DNA of 57,329 bases from Aggregatilineales bacterium (GTDB taxonomy: Bacteria > Chloroflexota > Anaerolineae > Aggregatilineales > Phototrophicaceae), in contig JBBSNT010000001.1 of NCBI GenBank assembly GCA_038260485.1, positions 1 through 57,329 on the forward strand, given 5' to 3'. Positions 45,703-56,126 of this stretch are shown piece after piece. The position numbers and the translations under genes are program-made. Positions within the stretch are counted from its first letter, which is position 1; each line of letters starts with the position of its first letter. Under the pieces are notes generated by a model. The model was not told the origin of the DNA. It saw only the letters and a list, made by a program, of their open reading frames with translations, and searched no databases.

Positions 45703-46599
45703 ATGCAGCGATCTTTGCTTTCTCGCCCGGTAGGGCTGTTGTTCTTGCTGCCAGCCTTTCTGTTCGTGATTGTGTTTCTCATCTACCCGTTCTTCTCGAT
45801 CTTCATGATGAGTTTCACCAATCAAACGCTCGTCGGCGCGGCTGCCGCTAACCCGCAGAACGTGGGGTTAGCCAATTATCTCGACCTCTTTAACGCTGCC
45901 AACTGGATGCGGCGCGGCGAATTCGGCGCTAGCTTACTGCTCACCGCGCAGTTCGTGATCGGCTCGGCGTTGATCGGTCAAGCCGGGTTGGGGCTGCTGC
46001 TGGCGACGTTGTTCAACAACCGCAAGGGTCTCTTGCGCGAGACCATCTTCACCATCGCCATCACCGCGTGGATTATCCCGGACGTGGTGGTCGCCTTCGC
46101 GTGGTTTGCCTATCTCAACCCCGGTGGCACGCTCAACTCGGTCTTGGGAGCGTTCGGTCTGCCCGCCTTCGATTGGCTGTTCAATTACCCCATGTTGAGC
46201 ATCATCCTGTTCAACACGTGGCGCGGCACCGCCTTCTCCATGCTGCTGTTCTCCTCGGCGCTCGGCTCGATCCCGCCGTCGCAGTTGGAGACCGCCGCCG
46301 TCCTCGGCGCGAACGCTTGGCAGAAATTCCGGGATATTTTGCTGCCGCAGTTGGGACGCTACATCCTCACCGACATGCTGCTGATCACGTTGTGGACGTT
46401 CAACACCTTTACGCCGTTCCTGCTGACTGGCGGTGGACCGGTCAACAAAACCGACGTCGTCTCGATCTACATTTACCGCACCGGCTTGAAGTTCTTCGAG
46501 TTCGGCAAGGGCAGCGCGGTAGCAATGGTCGTCATGATCATCAACTTGCTGCTGGTCGGCGTTTATCTGAGCATCTCGCGCTCGCGGAGGACGGCATGA
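45703..46599 (+). CDS. Carbohydrate ABC transporter permease (MalF/UgpA type)
   Basis: TM helices; EAA-like 'LETAAVLGANAWQKFRDILLP'; 'LTGGGP'. Confidence 0.92.
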   Translation: MQRSLLSRPVGLLFLLPAFLFVIVFLIYPFFSIFMMSFTNQTLVGAAAANPQNVGLANYLDLFNAANWMRRGEFGASLLLTAQFVIGSALIGQAGLGLLLATLFNNRKGLLRETIFTIAITAWIIPDVVVAFAWFAYLNPGGTLNSVLGAFGLPAFDWLFNYPMLSIILFNTWRGTAFSMLLFSSALGSIPPSQLETAAVLGANAWQKFRDILLPQLGRYILTDMLLITLWTFNTFTPFLLTGGGPVNKTDVVSIYIYRTGLKFFEFGKGSAVAMVVMIINLLLVGVYLSISRSRRTA

Positions 46600-47414
46600 A
46601 ACCGATCACCCGGCTGCTGCTGATTCTGGTCGTCACCGTGCTAGGACTGTTCTTCGTGCTGCCTTTGCTCTGGTTCATCTTCGCTCCCTTCAACGATCAC
46701 GCCACCCTCGCCGTGACTCTGCCGTCCAGCATCTCGTTCGCCAATTTCAACGAAGTTTTCAGCAACGACCTAGCCATGCGCGGACTGCTGCAAAACAGCC
46801 CGATCATCGGCTTAGGTACGATGCTGGCGACCACCATCGCGGCGGTGCTGGCTGCCTACGGCATCTCGCGGAGCAATCTCCCCGGTCGGCAAATGTGGAC
46901 CTACGTCCTAATCCTGTTCTCGTCGGTTGTGACTGGCACCGCTAGCATGGTGCCGATTTTTCGACTGATCTACGATCTCGGGCTGATCAATACGCACATC
47001 GGCGTGATCCTGTCGATGACCGGCGGGCTGCTGCCCTCAGCCATTTTCATCATGCAAGATTTCGTCGACGGCGTGCCGCGTTCCTACGAAGAAGCCGCGA
47101 TGGTGGCGGGCGCATCACCCCTGCAAATCTTCCGCGACGTGACCTTCCCACTGCTGCGTCCCGGCTTGATGGTGGTGGGCATCTGGGTCTTGGTCAATGC
47201 GTGGGGCGCGTTCCTGACACCCTTCATCCTGCTGCGCGATCCCAATCTGCTGCCCGCCGCCGTGACGTTCTACCAATTCTACGACGAGGAAGGCGCACCC
47301 AAGATTACGCTGGTGGCGGCTTATGCCATCCTGTATATGCTGCCTGTGCTGATTTTGTATTTACTGATTAATTGGCGCTACGGTTTCCGCTTTTTCGGCG
47401 GCATCAAACAATAA
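46596..47414 (+). CDS. Carbohydrate ABC transporter permease (MalG/UgpE type)
   Basis: ATGA overlap with GGAGG RBS; 'YEEAAMVAGAS..QIFRDVTFPL'. Confidence 0.92.
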   Translation: MKPITRLLLILVVTVLGLFFVLPLLWFIFAPFNDHATLAVTLPSSISFANFNEVFSNDLAMRGLLQNSPIIGLGTMLATTIAAVLAAYGISRSNLPGRQMWTYVLILFSSVVTGTASMVPIFRLIYDLGLINTHIGVILSMTGGLLPSAIFIMQDFVDGVPRSYEEAAMVAGASPLQIFRDVTFPLLRPGLMVVGIWVLVNAWGAFLTPFILLRDPNLLPAAVTFYQFYDEEGAPKITLVAAYAILYMLPVLILYLLINWRYGFRFFGGIKQ

Positions 47415-47422
47415 GGCACTCT

Positions 47423-48490
47423 ATGGCTTCTGTGAGAATATCCAATCTGCGCAAGAGTTTTGGCGCGGTCAAAGCCGTCGATGGGATCGATCTGGACGTC
47501 CCCGACGGCGAGTTCGTCGCGCTGCTGGGTTCCTCCGGTTGCGGCAAAACCACCACTTTACGCATGATCTGCGGGCTGGAAGTACCGACCAGCGGTACTA
47601 TCTACATCGGCGACCGCGACGTGACCAATCTTTCGCCCCGCGACCGCGACTTGGCGATGGTTTTTCAGGATTACGCGCTCTACCCGCATATGACGATTGA
47701 CGAGAATATCGGCTACCCGCTCAAAGTGCGCGGCGTCGCCCACGACGAACGCGCCGCCCGCGTCCGCGAAGTGGCGGGCAACCTGCAAATCGGCGACCTG
47801 CTGGCGCGGCGTCCCGGTCAGCTTTCGGGCGGGCAGCAGCAGCGAACAGCGTTGGCGCGCGCGGTTGTCTATCAGGCGCAGGTCTTTCTGTTCGACGAGC
47901 CATTGAGCAACCTTGACGCCAAGCTGCGCCTCGAAGCGCGCGCCTTCCTCAAGCATCTCCAACGCGAGGTTGGCGTGACCGGTATCTACGTCACCCACGA
48001 CCAATCGGAAGCGATGGCGCTCGCCGACCGTATCGTGATCATGAGCAAGGGCAAGATCATGCAGCAGGGCACGCCGCTGGAAATCTACCGTCGCCCCGCC
48101 AATACCTTCGTCGCCAGTTTCGTCGGCAACCCGCCCATGAACCTGCTGCCCTGCCGGGTTGATGCCGCCGCTCGCACCGTCTTGATTGCCGATGAATTCC
48201 CGGTCAGCGCAGCGGACTTCGGCGCGGTTTCGGCGCAGGCGATCACGTTGGGCGTGCGCCCGGAACATATCCGCATCGCCACCGAGAGCGCGCCGAACGG
48301 CATCGCGGGCGATCTGTACGTCGTGCAGACGCTGGGCAGCGAATCGCTGGTAATTGTGCGCGTCGGCGAACTGCTGATTTCAGTACGGTTGTTTGGCGAC
48401 GAAGTACCCGATCTGCCGCCAAAAGTCTGGCTGGTGCCCGATTATTCGCGCGCCTTCTTCTATGACGCGGACGGAGACTTGCTGGCATGA
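47423..48490 (+). CDS. Carbohydrate ABC transporter ATP-binding protein (MalK/UgpC type)
   Basis: 'GSSGCGKTT', 'VFQDYALYPHM', 'LSGGQQQR', 'DEPLSNLDAKLR', 'GVRPEH'. Confidence 0.95.
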   Translation: MASVRISNLRKSFGAVKAVDGIDLDVPDGEFVALLGSSGCGKTTTLRMICGLEVPTSGTIYIGDRDVTNLSPRDRDLAMVFQDYALYPHMTIDENIGYPLKVRGVAHDERAARVREVAGNLQIGDLLARRPGQLSGGQQQRTALARAVVYQAQVFLFDEPLSNLDAKLRLEARAFLKHLQREVGVTGIYVTHDQSEAMALADRIVIMSKGKIMQQGTPLEIYRRPANTFVASFVGNPPMNLLPCRVDAAARTVLIADEFPVSAADFGAVSAQAITLGVRPEHIRIATESAPNGIAGDLYVVQTLGSESLVIVRVGELLISVRLFGDEVPDLPPKVWLVPDYSRAFFYDADGDLLA

Positions 48491-49851
48491 CGACCCTCAC
48501 GTTGACCGGACACGCTGATCCAGAGCAGACCAAAACGTATACTCACGTCCCGTTTGAAGTGCCGGAAGGAACCGGGCGGATCGACGTGCGTTACCAATAC
48601 AGCGATCTCGTCGGCTCTGATCCGCATCTTACCGACGGAAACACGGTCGATATTGGCATTTTCGACCCGCGCGGTATCCAATTCTTGACCGATGGTTTTC
48701 GCGGTTGGAGCGGCAGCGCGCGGCAGGAATTTTACATCAGCGGGGGCGACGCCACCCCCGGTTATCTCGCCGGGACGATCCAGCCGGGGATGTGGAATAT
48801 CTGCCTCGGCTTGTACAAAATCGCGGCGCAGGGCTGTGATTATCAGGTCGAGATCACACTGACGCCGGGCGAGAAGGTCGGCGAACTCCCGCCTCTGCTG
48901 CCGCTGCGTACCACGCCGGGGCGCGTCCAGCCGGATGGCTGGTATCGTGGTGATGTCCACAACCACAGCTATCACAGCGATGGTGACAGCGATCCGCTCG
49001 ACGTGGTTCACCGCGCCGAGTCGCTCGGTCTCGACTTTCTGGCGATCACCGATCACAACAACATTTCGCATCTGGCAGCGCTCAATACGATTGACACGCC
49101 GCTGATGCTGATCCCCGGTCTCGAAGTGACCACTTACAAAGGTCACTGGAATATCTGGGGCGATCACGGCTGGATCGACTTCCGCACCGAGAACGAGGCG
49201 CAGATGGCGCAGGCGGTCGCCGAGGCGAACCGGCGCGGCTACCTGACCTCGATCAACCACCCGCGTCCCTATGGACCGGAATGGGAATACCCTGCTGTCG
49301 ATGACACCGACTGCATTGAGGTCTGGAATGGTCCTTGGGCGCTGACGAACAACGTCGCCCTCGAATTCTGGGAGTCGCGGCTGCGGACGGGCAAGCGCTA
49401 TACGGCAGTCGGCGGCAGCGACAACCATTTCCTCAAGCAGGATCACATCGCTAAGCTTGGTGTCCCGACGCTCTGGATTTACTGTCCCGGCGCACCCTCA
49501 CCTGCCAAGCTGCTCGACGCCATGCGCGCGGGACACGTCTCGATCTCCGAAAGTCCGACCGGCGCGCGTTTGTTCCTCGACAGCAGCGCCGCGATGATGG
49601 GCGACACGGTCGCCAAACCGGTCGATGGTATGCTGCCGATTGCGCTGCGCGTCATCGGCGGGGTGGGCAGCACGCTCGAAGTGCATACGGCGGCAGGCTG
49701 CGGCTATCGCCAAGTGGTATCGAGCGCCGACGCGCGCTGCGATGTCGTCATCGATGTGGCGCAGTCGCCCTATGTCCGCGCCCAGCTTGTCGCACCGGGC
49801 GATCAGATGCAGCTTGTCCGCGCCTTGACTAATCCGATCTATATCCGCTAG
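48487..49851 (+). CDS. PHP-domain metallohydrolase (CehA/McbA-like)
   Basis: 'GDVHNHSYHSDG', 'AITDHN', 'PGLEVTT..GH', 'NHP', 'GGSDNH'. Confidence 0.85.
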   Translation: MTTLTLTGHADPEQTKTYTHVPFEVPEGTGRIDVRYQYSDLVGSDPHLTDGNTVDIGIFDPRGIQFLTDGFRGWSGSARQEFYISGGDATPGYLAGTIQPGMWNICLGLYKIAAQGCDYQVEITLTPGEKVGELPPLLPLRTTPGRVQPDGWYRGDVHNHSYHSDGDSDPLDVVHRAESLGLDFLAITDHNNISHLAALNTIDTPLMLIPGLEVTTYKGHWNIWGDHGWIDFRTENEAQMAQAVAEANRRGYLTSINHPRPYGPEWEYPAVDDTDCIEVWNGPWALTNNVALEFWESRLRTGKRYTAVGGSDNHFLKQDHIAKLGVPTLWIYCPGAPSPAKLLDAMRAGHVSISESPTGARLFLDSSAAMMGDTVAKPVDGMLPIALRVIGGVGSTLEVHTAAGCGYRQVVSSADARCDVVIDVAQSPYVRAQLVAPGDQMQLVRALTNPIYIR

Positions 49852-49862
49852 ACTGCTGCCTT

Positions 49863-51854
49863 ATGACTGCCGATTCGACCATCCACGTTGTTTTTAAGAC
49901 GCATCTCGACCTCGGTTTCACCGACTATGCCGCCAATATCGCCGAAACCTACTTCCAACGCTTCATCCCGCAGGCGATGGCGCTGGCGGCGCGCACGCGC
50001 GATCACGCCGACCGGCGCTTCCGCTGGACGACCGGCGCGTGGCTGATCTACGAGTACCTTGAGCAGGCAGCGCCGCCCGAACGCCGGCTGATGGAAGTAG
50101 CGATTGAGGCGGGCGACATCCTGTGGCATGCGCTCCCGTTCACGACCCACACCGAACTGATCGACGAATCACTCTTTCGCTTTGGCTTGACCTACTCGCA
50201 AAAGCTGGATCGGCGCTTCGGCAGGGCGACTATCGCCGCCAAGATGACCGACGTGCCCGGTCATACCCGCGCGATCATCCCGCTGCTGGCGGAGGCGGGC
50301 ATCCGCCTGCTGCACATCGGGGTCAACCCGGCGTCAAGCGTGCCCGATGTGCCCCCCGTCTTCCGCTGGCGCGACGAACCCTCAGACAGCGACATTGTCG
50401 TGATCTATGATCAGACTTACGGCGGCGTAACCCGCGTCCCCGACCTCGACGACGTGCTGGCGGTCATTCTCACCGGGGACAACGTGGGACCACCGACCGA
50501 GGCGACCGTCACCGAAATCTATGCCGCGCTCGCGCAGGCGAATCCCGGCGCGCAGCTTACCGCCTCGTCGCTGGATGCGTTCGCCCACCGACTCGATGAC
50601 TGCTGGGATCGGCTGCCCATCGTGAGCGATGAAATCGGTGATTCTTGGATTCACGGTGTTGGCACCGATCCGACTAAAGTACGGCGCTACCGTGAACTCA
50701 GCCGCCTGCGCCGCGACTGGCTGGCTCGACCGCTGACCGACGACCAGCGCGAGCGGATCGACCGCTTCAGCCATCATCTGCTGTGCGTCCCCGAACATAC
50801 GTGGGGGATGGACATCAAGCTGCACCTCGCCGATACCAGCCACTACGAAGCGCCCGATCTTGCCACCCTGCGCCAAACCGAGCGCTGCCGCCGCTTTGAG
50901 GCTTCATGGACGGAGCAGCGCGCCTATCTCGATGCGGCGCTCGCCGCGCTTGATGGCTCAGTGCTGGCGGACGAGGCAAACCAGCGGCTCGCCCAAACCG
51001 AACCAGCGCTGCTTGACCTTTCGAGTCTGACGCCCAGCGACGATTTTTCGCTGCGCAGCGAGCGCTTCGAACTGGGCGTCAATCCACAGACGGGCGCGAT
51101 TATCCACCTGATCGATCACGCATCGGCGCAGCAGTGGGCAGATGCGTCGCATCCATTAGCGGCGCTGACCTACGAGGCGTTCGGTCAAGACGACTACGAG
51201 CGGTTCTGGCAGCAGTACATCCGCGACAACGACGAGACCCGTAGTTGGGCACGTCCCGACTACACCAAACCGGGCATGACCAACGCGCATCATTTCGCGT
51301 GGCAGCCGCGCCTGACTGCCGCCTATCGCGCCGAAAACCGCGTCACTCTGGTGCTGGCGCTGCCTGACGCCAGCGCGCGCTTCGGTGCTCCGCGTCAACT
51401 GCTGCTCGACTACCAGTTGAGCGCAGACACGGTCAACGTCACGCTGTCGTGGTTTGATAAGCCTGCCTGTCGCCTGCCGGAAGCGTTTTGGCTGGCGTTC
51501 CAACCGATCACCAGCGAGTCGGGGTCGTGGCATTTCGAGAAGCTGGGAAGCCTAATCGCGCCGGAGCAGGTCGTGAGTCGCGGAGCGCGGACACTGCATG
51601 CTGTCGATCAACGGGTGATCTACCGCGATGGCGCGCGCCGCCTTGAGATCGCCACGCTTGACGCACCGCTGGTCGCTCCCGGTCGGCACTCACTGCTCGA
51701 CTTCCATGATCAAGTGCCGGACCTGAGCGGTGGCGTCCACTTCAACTTGTATAACAACGTCTGGGGCACGAACTTCCCAATGTGGTTCGACGAAAATGCC
51801 TCCTTTCGCTTCATCCTGCGCTTCTCACGAGAAAGAAAAGCAAAAACACTATAA
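49863..51854 (+). CDS. Putative glycoside hydrolase (GH38 N-terminal-like / DUF5054-like)
   Basis: 'HVVFKTHLDLGFTD', 'TDVPGHT', 'EIGDSWIHG', 'EHTWG', 'NLYNNVWGTNFPMW'. Confidence 0.75.
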   Translation: MTADSTIHVVFKTHLDLGFTDYAANIAETYFQRFIPQAMALAARTRDHADRRFRWTTGAWLIYEYLEQAAPPERRLMEVAIEAGDILWHALPFTTHTELIDESLFRFGLTYSQKLDRRFGRATIAAKMTDVPGHTRAIIPLLAEAGIRLLHIGVNPASSVPDVPPVFRWRDEPSDSDIVVIYDQTYGGVTRVPDLDDVLAVILTGDNVGPPTEATVTEIYAALAQANPGAQLTASSLDAFAHRLDDCWDRLPIVSDEIGDSWIHGVGTDPTKVRRYRELSRLRRDWLARPLTDDQRERIDRFSHHLLCVPEHTWGMDIKLHLADTSHYEAPDLATLRQTERCRRFEASWTEQRAYLDAALAALDGSVLADEANQRLAQTEPALLDLSSLTPSDDFSLRSERFELGVNPQTGAIIHLIDHASAQQWADASHPLAALTYEAFGQDDYERFWQQYIRDNDETRSWARPDYTKPGMTNAHHFAWQPRLTAAYRAENRVTLVLALPDASARFGAPRQLLLDYQLSADTVNVTLSWFDKPACRLPEAFWLAFQPITSESGSWHFEKLGSLIAPEQVVSRGARTLHAVDQRVIYRDGARRLEIATLDAPLVAPGRHSLLDFHDQVPDLSGGVHFNLYNNVWGTNFPMWFDENASFRFILRFSRERKAKTL

Positions 51855-52131
51855 TCGTCCTCGAAAAAACTGATTCAAACAGGATGTAGTGTGGGATTGC
51901 CTCGATTTAGAGGGTATCCACAGAGAGAGACAGCTGCACTGAATTGGAGCAATGAAAGTTAAGGGCAGGTCTGTTTGACCGGCGCATTGCAAGAGCTTTA
52001 CGTTCATCCCTTACCCCCGACCGTCCTGCTCTGCTCGACTGCAAAACTTAAGTCACAATCGCAGTTCACACGAGATTCAGAATCTATCAATTAATTAAGG
52101 AGAGTTTGCATATATGATAGTAAGTGGAACA

Positions 52132-52153
52132 GGATTATTCTGTTGAATAATCC
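52132..52153. promoter_or_regulatory. Inverted repeat upstream of the binding-protein gene (candidate operator)
   Basis: GGATTATTC-TGTT-GAATAATCC downstream of a TATGAT -10-like hexamer (52113-18). Confidence 0.4.
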
Positions 52154-52176
52154 GCTCATTTCGTCTGGAGACACAC

Positions 52177-53424
52177 ATGCCACTTGCAAATCATCGAAAT
52201 CTTAAGCGCAGTCGTTTTTTTGTCATTATCTTAATGCTTATCTCTGGTCTACTGTTCTCGGGATGCCAGTCCGCAACTTCGGCAATCCCGACTCCCGCCG
52301 TCCAACAAAGTCCAATCGTCATCGGTTCGTCACTACCGCTTACGGGCGACCGCGCTGAGTCCGGTCTGGCGACCCAAAAAGGCTATGAAGTCTGGCTGGC
52401 GATTGTCAATCAGGCTGGCGGCATACTCGGGCGTCAGGTCGAACTCAAGGTAATGGACAACGGCAGTGATCAGGAGCAGGTAGCGAAAGACTACGAGCAG
52501 CTCATCACTGGCGATAAAGTTGATTTGGTCTTCGGATCGCAGTCTAGCTTCCTGATTATCCCCTCGTCTCAGGTAGCAGCGGATCACGGCTACGCTTACG
52601 TCGAGCCATCCGGCGGCGCACCCGGCGTCTTTAATCGTGGCTTGAATAACGTTTTCTTCGCTCAGCCGGCGGTCGGTTCGCGGCAGGCAGATGCCTTCGC
52701 CCTCTACATTTTGGGGCTTCCGGCAGACCAGCGACCCAAGAACTTCGCCATCGTCACTATTGATGACCCATTCACCGTTGGCGTCATGGATCGTCTCAGT
52801 CCGCTGCTCACTGACGGCGGCGTCGAGCTTGCCCAGCGCATATCCTATCCACAGGATCAAACCGACTTCACCGACATCGCCGCGCAGATCGCTGATCTCA
52901 ACCCCGACATGATCATCGGCGGCACGCAGTATCAGGACAGCGTCGACCAGATTCAAGCCTATCGTGCGGCGGGTTATCAACCGCGTTTCGCCTACTTCAC
53001 CACTGGCCCGACCGTCCCCGGTCCCTTCCGCACGGCGCTGGGATCGGCTACTGAAGGCATCTTCTCTTCAATGTCTTGGTTCCCTGAGGGTAAGGACTAT
53101 CAGAATACTGACTTTACCGCCAAATACATTGAACTTTACGGCGGCACACTCAGCGACATCCCCGAAGATGCCGCCAACGGCTTCACCGTCGGGCAGATAC
53201 TTCAACAGGCTGCCGAGAACATCAAGTCCATCGACAACACCGCGTTAATTCAGGAAATACACCGTAGCACTTTCAAGACTGTGGTCGGCTCGTTGAACTT
53301 CGACGACACTGGCGCGCCGCAGGGGAGCTTCATGTTGGTGCAGTGGAAGGGCGATAACTTCTTGGTCGTCGGGCCGTCTGACCGCGCCGAAGCCGATCCG
53401 TTTGCGCCGAAGCCGCAGTGGTAA
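52177..53424 (+). CDS. LivJ-type (periplasmic binding protein type 1) lipoprotein
   Basis: Lipobox 'LLFSG-C', 'IGSSLPLTG', 'NQAGGILGRQVEL', 'TVVGSLNFD..G.P'. Confidence 0.88.
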   Translation: MPLANHRNLKRSRFFVIILMLISGLLFSGCQSATSAIPTPAVQQSPIVIGSSLPLTGDRAESGLATQKGYEVWLAIVNQAGGILGRQVELKVMDNGSDQEQVAKDYEQLITGDKVDLVFGSQSSFLIIPSSQVAADHGYAYVEPSGGAPGVFNRGLNNVFFAQPAVGSRQADAFALYILGLPADQRPKNFAIVTIDDPFTVGVMDRLSPLLTDGGVELAQRISYPQDQTDFTDIAAQIADLNPDMIIGGTQYQDSVDQIQAYRAAGYQPRFAYFTTGPTVPGPFRTALGSATEGIFSSMSWFPEGKDYQNTDFTAKYIELYGGTLSDIPEDAANGFTVGQILQQAAENIKSIDNTALIQEIHRSTFKTVVGSLNFDDTGAPQGSFMLVQWKGDNFLVVGPSDRAEADPFAPKPQW

Positions 53425-53441
53425 CCTAGGAGGGTCTCAAT

Positions 53442-55295
53442 ATGTGGAATAGTCTTCGCTTCCGATTAACCGTCATCTTTGTCGGTCTGGCGGTCATTCC
53501 GTTGCTGGTAGTGGGTATTTTGCAAGCGCAGCGCGGTTTCTCGACCGAGTATGATCAGGCTATCGGGACGCAGTTGCAGGTTGCTCAGCGTGTCTCCGCT
53601 GAAGTTCAGAGCTACTTGCGGTCGGTTGAAAACGACCTCTCCCTGCTCGGCGGCGATTTTCGCGGCGCTCAGAACTTGGATCGAGCGCAAGAGATCAGTC
53701 TGCTCCTAAGCGCCATCAGTTCTGGTAGTTACCGTGACGCCTATGAGGACTTGATCCTGATCGACCCTGATGGGAAAGAGCAGCTTCACGTTTCCCGCGC
53801 GCAGGTCGTCTCCTCTGATCAGGCGACGATCTGGTCAGGCAAGCCGGAGTATGAGCAGCCGAAATCGACCGGTGACACTTACTTTGGCGCGGTCACGCTT
53901 GACACCGCCAGCGGTGACTCGTTCATGTACATCTCGATACCGCTGCGCGAACTCCGTAGTATCAACGTCAGCGGCGTCTTGCTGGCGCGCCTGCGCTTTA
54001 AAGCGGTCAGCAATGTTATTGCTGGTCTGCAGCTCAGCGACGGTCAAACAGTCTACGTGGTTGACCCGACGACACAGGTTGTCGTTGCTGGCGGAACGTC
54101 CACCTTGATGAACAATACGCCGCTGGCACTGCCCGACCAGAACGGCGGCACAATCGGCTTGTCAGGTTCAGACGTGATTTTGGCGTCAGACCGCGTTCAG
54201 ATAGGTGGCGAGGTGCTGCTGGTCGTCGCCGAACGTCTTTCGTCCGACGCGCTGGCGCTGGCGCAGAGCAATCTCTACTCAGCAATCGCCATCACCATTA
54301 TCGCCCTCGTGGCTGCCATCTTCCTCGTCTTTCTGACCGTGCGTCAGGTCGTGCGACCGGTCGAGAAGCTCTCCGAAGTGGCGCGCGCTATTCAGGCGGG
54401 CGATTTGTCCGTGCGTTCCAATATCAACGGTCGTGACGAGATCGGTCAGCTTGCCCTCGCCTTCAATGAAATGACCGCCGCCGTTGAGCAACGCGAGAAT
54501 GAGCTGAAGGAACAGGCGGCAGAACTGCGCGTCGCCACCTACCGCGCGAAGGAAGCGGCACGTGTCAAAGGCGAGTTCTTGGCGAACGTTTCGCACGAAC
54601 TTCGCACCCCGCTCAACGCCATCATCGGCTTCACCGATATGCTGTTAGCGGGCATGAGCGGACCGCTCAACGACAAGCAGACCCACAAGTTGGAGCGCCT
54701 GAAGGAGAACGGTTCGCGCTTGCTGGCGCTGATCAATGACCTGCTTGACCTGACACGTATCGAATCGGGGCGTCTGGAAACTATTCAGAAACCCTTCTCG
54801 CCACGAGGCGTTGCCGACCGCATCACAGCGCAGATGGAAAGCTTGGCGCTGGAAAGCCAGTTGGAGTTCGAGACGATCATCAACCCCGACGTGCCGGAAT
54901 CTATTCTCGGCGACGAAAAACGGGTTGAACAGATCATCGTCAACTTGCTCTCTAATGCCTTCAAGTTCACGAAGGAAGGCTCGGTGACTCTCAGTCTGGA
55001 CGCCGATCTGGTTGAGCAAACGTGGAGCATGGCTGTAGCTGACACAGGTATCGGTATTCCCCCGCACGCGGTCAATATCATCTTTGAAGAATTTCGGCAG
55101 TTGGACGGCAGCTATTCCAGAGCCTACAAAGGCAGCGGACTTGGCTTATCAATCACTCGAAATCTTGCTAGAATGATGGGTGGAAAGATCGGCGTCAAGA
55201 GTACGCAGGGCGTTGGGAGTACCTTCACTGTCGTACTGCCGTTGAGTCAAGAATTTGATGCCGAACCCGCGTCCTTAGAAGCTGTAGCAGGATAG
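53442..55295 (+). CDS. Sensor histidine kinase (Cache-like / HAMP / HisKA / HATPase)
   Basis: Two TM helices, HAMP 'DEIGQLALAFNEM', H-box 'VSHELRTPLN', 'NLLSNAFKF', 'DTGIGI', 'GSGLGL'. Confidence 0.95.
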   Translation: MWNSLRFRLTVIFVGLAVIPLLVVGILQAQRGFSTEYDQAIGTQLQVAQRVSAEVQSYLRSVENDLSLLGGDFRGAQNLDRAQEISLLLSAISSGSYRDAYEDLILIDPDGKEQLHVSRAQVVSSDQATIWSGKPEYEQPKSTGDTYFGAVTLDTASGDSFMYISIPLRELRSINVSGVLLARLRFKAVSNVIAGLQLSDGQTVYVVDPTTQVVVAGGTSTLMNNTPLALPDQNGGTIGLSGSDVILASDRVQIGGEVLLVVAERLSSDALALAQSNLYSAIAITIIALVAAIFLVFLTVRQVVRPVEKLSEVARAIQAGDLSVRSNINGRDEIGQLALAFNEMTAAVEQRENELKEQAAELRVATYRAKEAARVKGEFLANVSHELRTPLNAIIGFTDMLLAGMSGPLNDKQTHKLERLKENGSRLLALINDLLDLTRIESGRLETIQKPFSPRGVADRITAQMESLALESQLEFETIINPDVPESILGDEKRVEQIIVNLLSNAFKFTKEGSVTLSLDADLVEQTWSMAVADTGIGIPPHAVNIIFEEFRQLDGSYSRAYKGSGLGLSITRNLARMMGGKIGVKSTQGVGSTFTVVLPLSQEFDAEPASLEAVAG

Positions 55296-55308
55296 GGGGA
55301 ATCTGGGC

Positions 55309-55728
55309 ATGATTGACTGGAATGATATATCCACTTGGCGCATCTTGGTGGTAGACGATGAGATCGACAATCTGGAGATCGTTGCCGAAACCCTTGAGTT
55401 TCATGGCATCACCGTCAAGACGGCGATGAACGGCAAGGAAGCTCTGACTGTCCTTGAGAATTTTGAGGCAAATCTCGTCCTAACCGATCTTTCGATGCCG
55501 GTCATGGATGGTTGGCAAATGCGCTCCCGCATCAAGAATGACGAAAAGCGAGCCGATGTTCCGATTGTGGCGCTTTCCGCTCATGCGATTGCCGGGGATC
55601 AGGAACGTGCTTTGGAAGCGGGCTTCGACGGGTATCTGACCAAACCGATCAGTATCCTTTCCCTGCTTGACGACATTAAACTAGGGATTGCGAAGCTGAT
55701 CGTGAACAGTGAGGAGAAGGTGTCGTGA
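55309..55728 (+). CDS. Single-domain response regulator
   Basis: 'LVVDDE', 'TDLSMPVMDG', 'LSA', 'TKP'. Confidence 0.92.
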   Translation: MIDWNDISTWRILVVDDEIDNLEIVAETLEFHGITVKTAMNGKEALTVLENFEANLVLTDLSMPVMDGWQMRSRIKNDEKRADVPIVALSAHAIAGDQERALEAGFDGYLTKPISILSLLDDIKLGIAKLIVNSEEKVS

Positions 55729-56102
55729 CTATTTCGGACTGGAATGTGTTGGTAGTTGAAGATGAATCGGACAGCATGGAGCTGGTTCAGGGCATCCTCT
55801 CCTATTACGGAATACAGTCTATCGGGGCAGTCAGTGCTGAGGAGGCGCTACAGATTCTCCAGCAGGTTACCCCTACGCTCATGCTAATTGACCTAGCCCT
55901 ACCCGGTTTGGATGGCTGGGAACTGCTGAAACGGCTTCAGGCGAACAGGGCATTAGCCCATGTTCCCTCAGTTGCGATAACGGCTTTCCATACGCCGGAG
56001 CTAGCCGAACAGGCGATCGAGGCAGGCTTCAATGCCTACTTCGCCAAGCCGATTGATGCTACTTCGTTTGTGCGCGAGCTGCAGACGATTGTCGAAGCAT
56101 GA
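55725..56102 (+). CDS. Single-domain response regulator
   Basis: 'LVVEDE', 'IDLALPGLDG', 'ITA', 'AKP'; GTGA overlap. Confidence 0.92.
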   Translation: MTISDWNVLVVEDESDSMELVQGILSYYGIQSIGAVSAEEALQILQQVTPTLMLIDLALPGLDGWELLKRLQANRALAHVPSVAITAFHTPELAEQAIEAGFNAYFAKPIDATSFVRELQTIVEA

Positions 56103-56126
56103 TTACCAATCCAGCAAAGCGGAATA

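Noticed and set aside
34623-47422. Long N-terminal extensions from the ORF track (34623, 36148, 38321, 40562, 42952, 46068, 47372)
   Set aside because: They overlap neighbouring genes or promoters; downstream starts with an RBS or coupled stop/start fit the families better.
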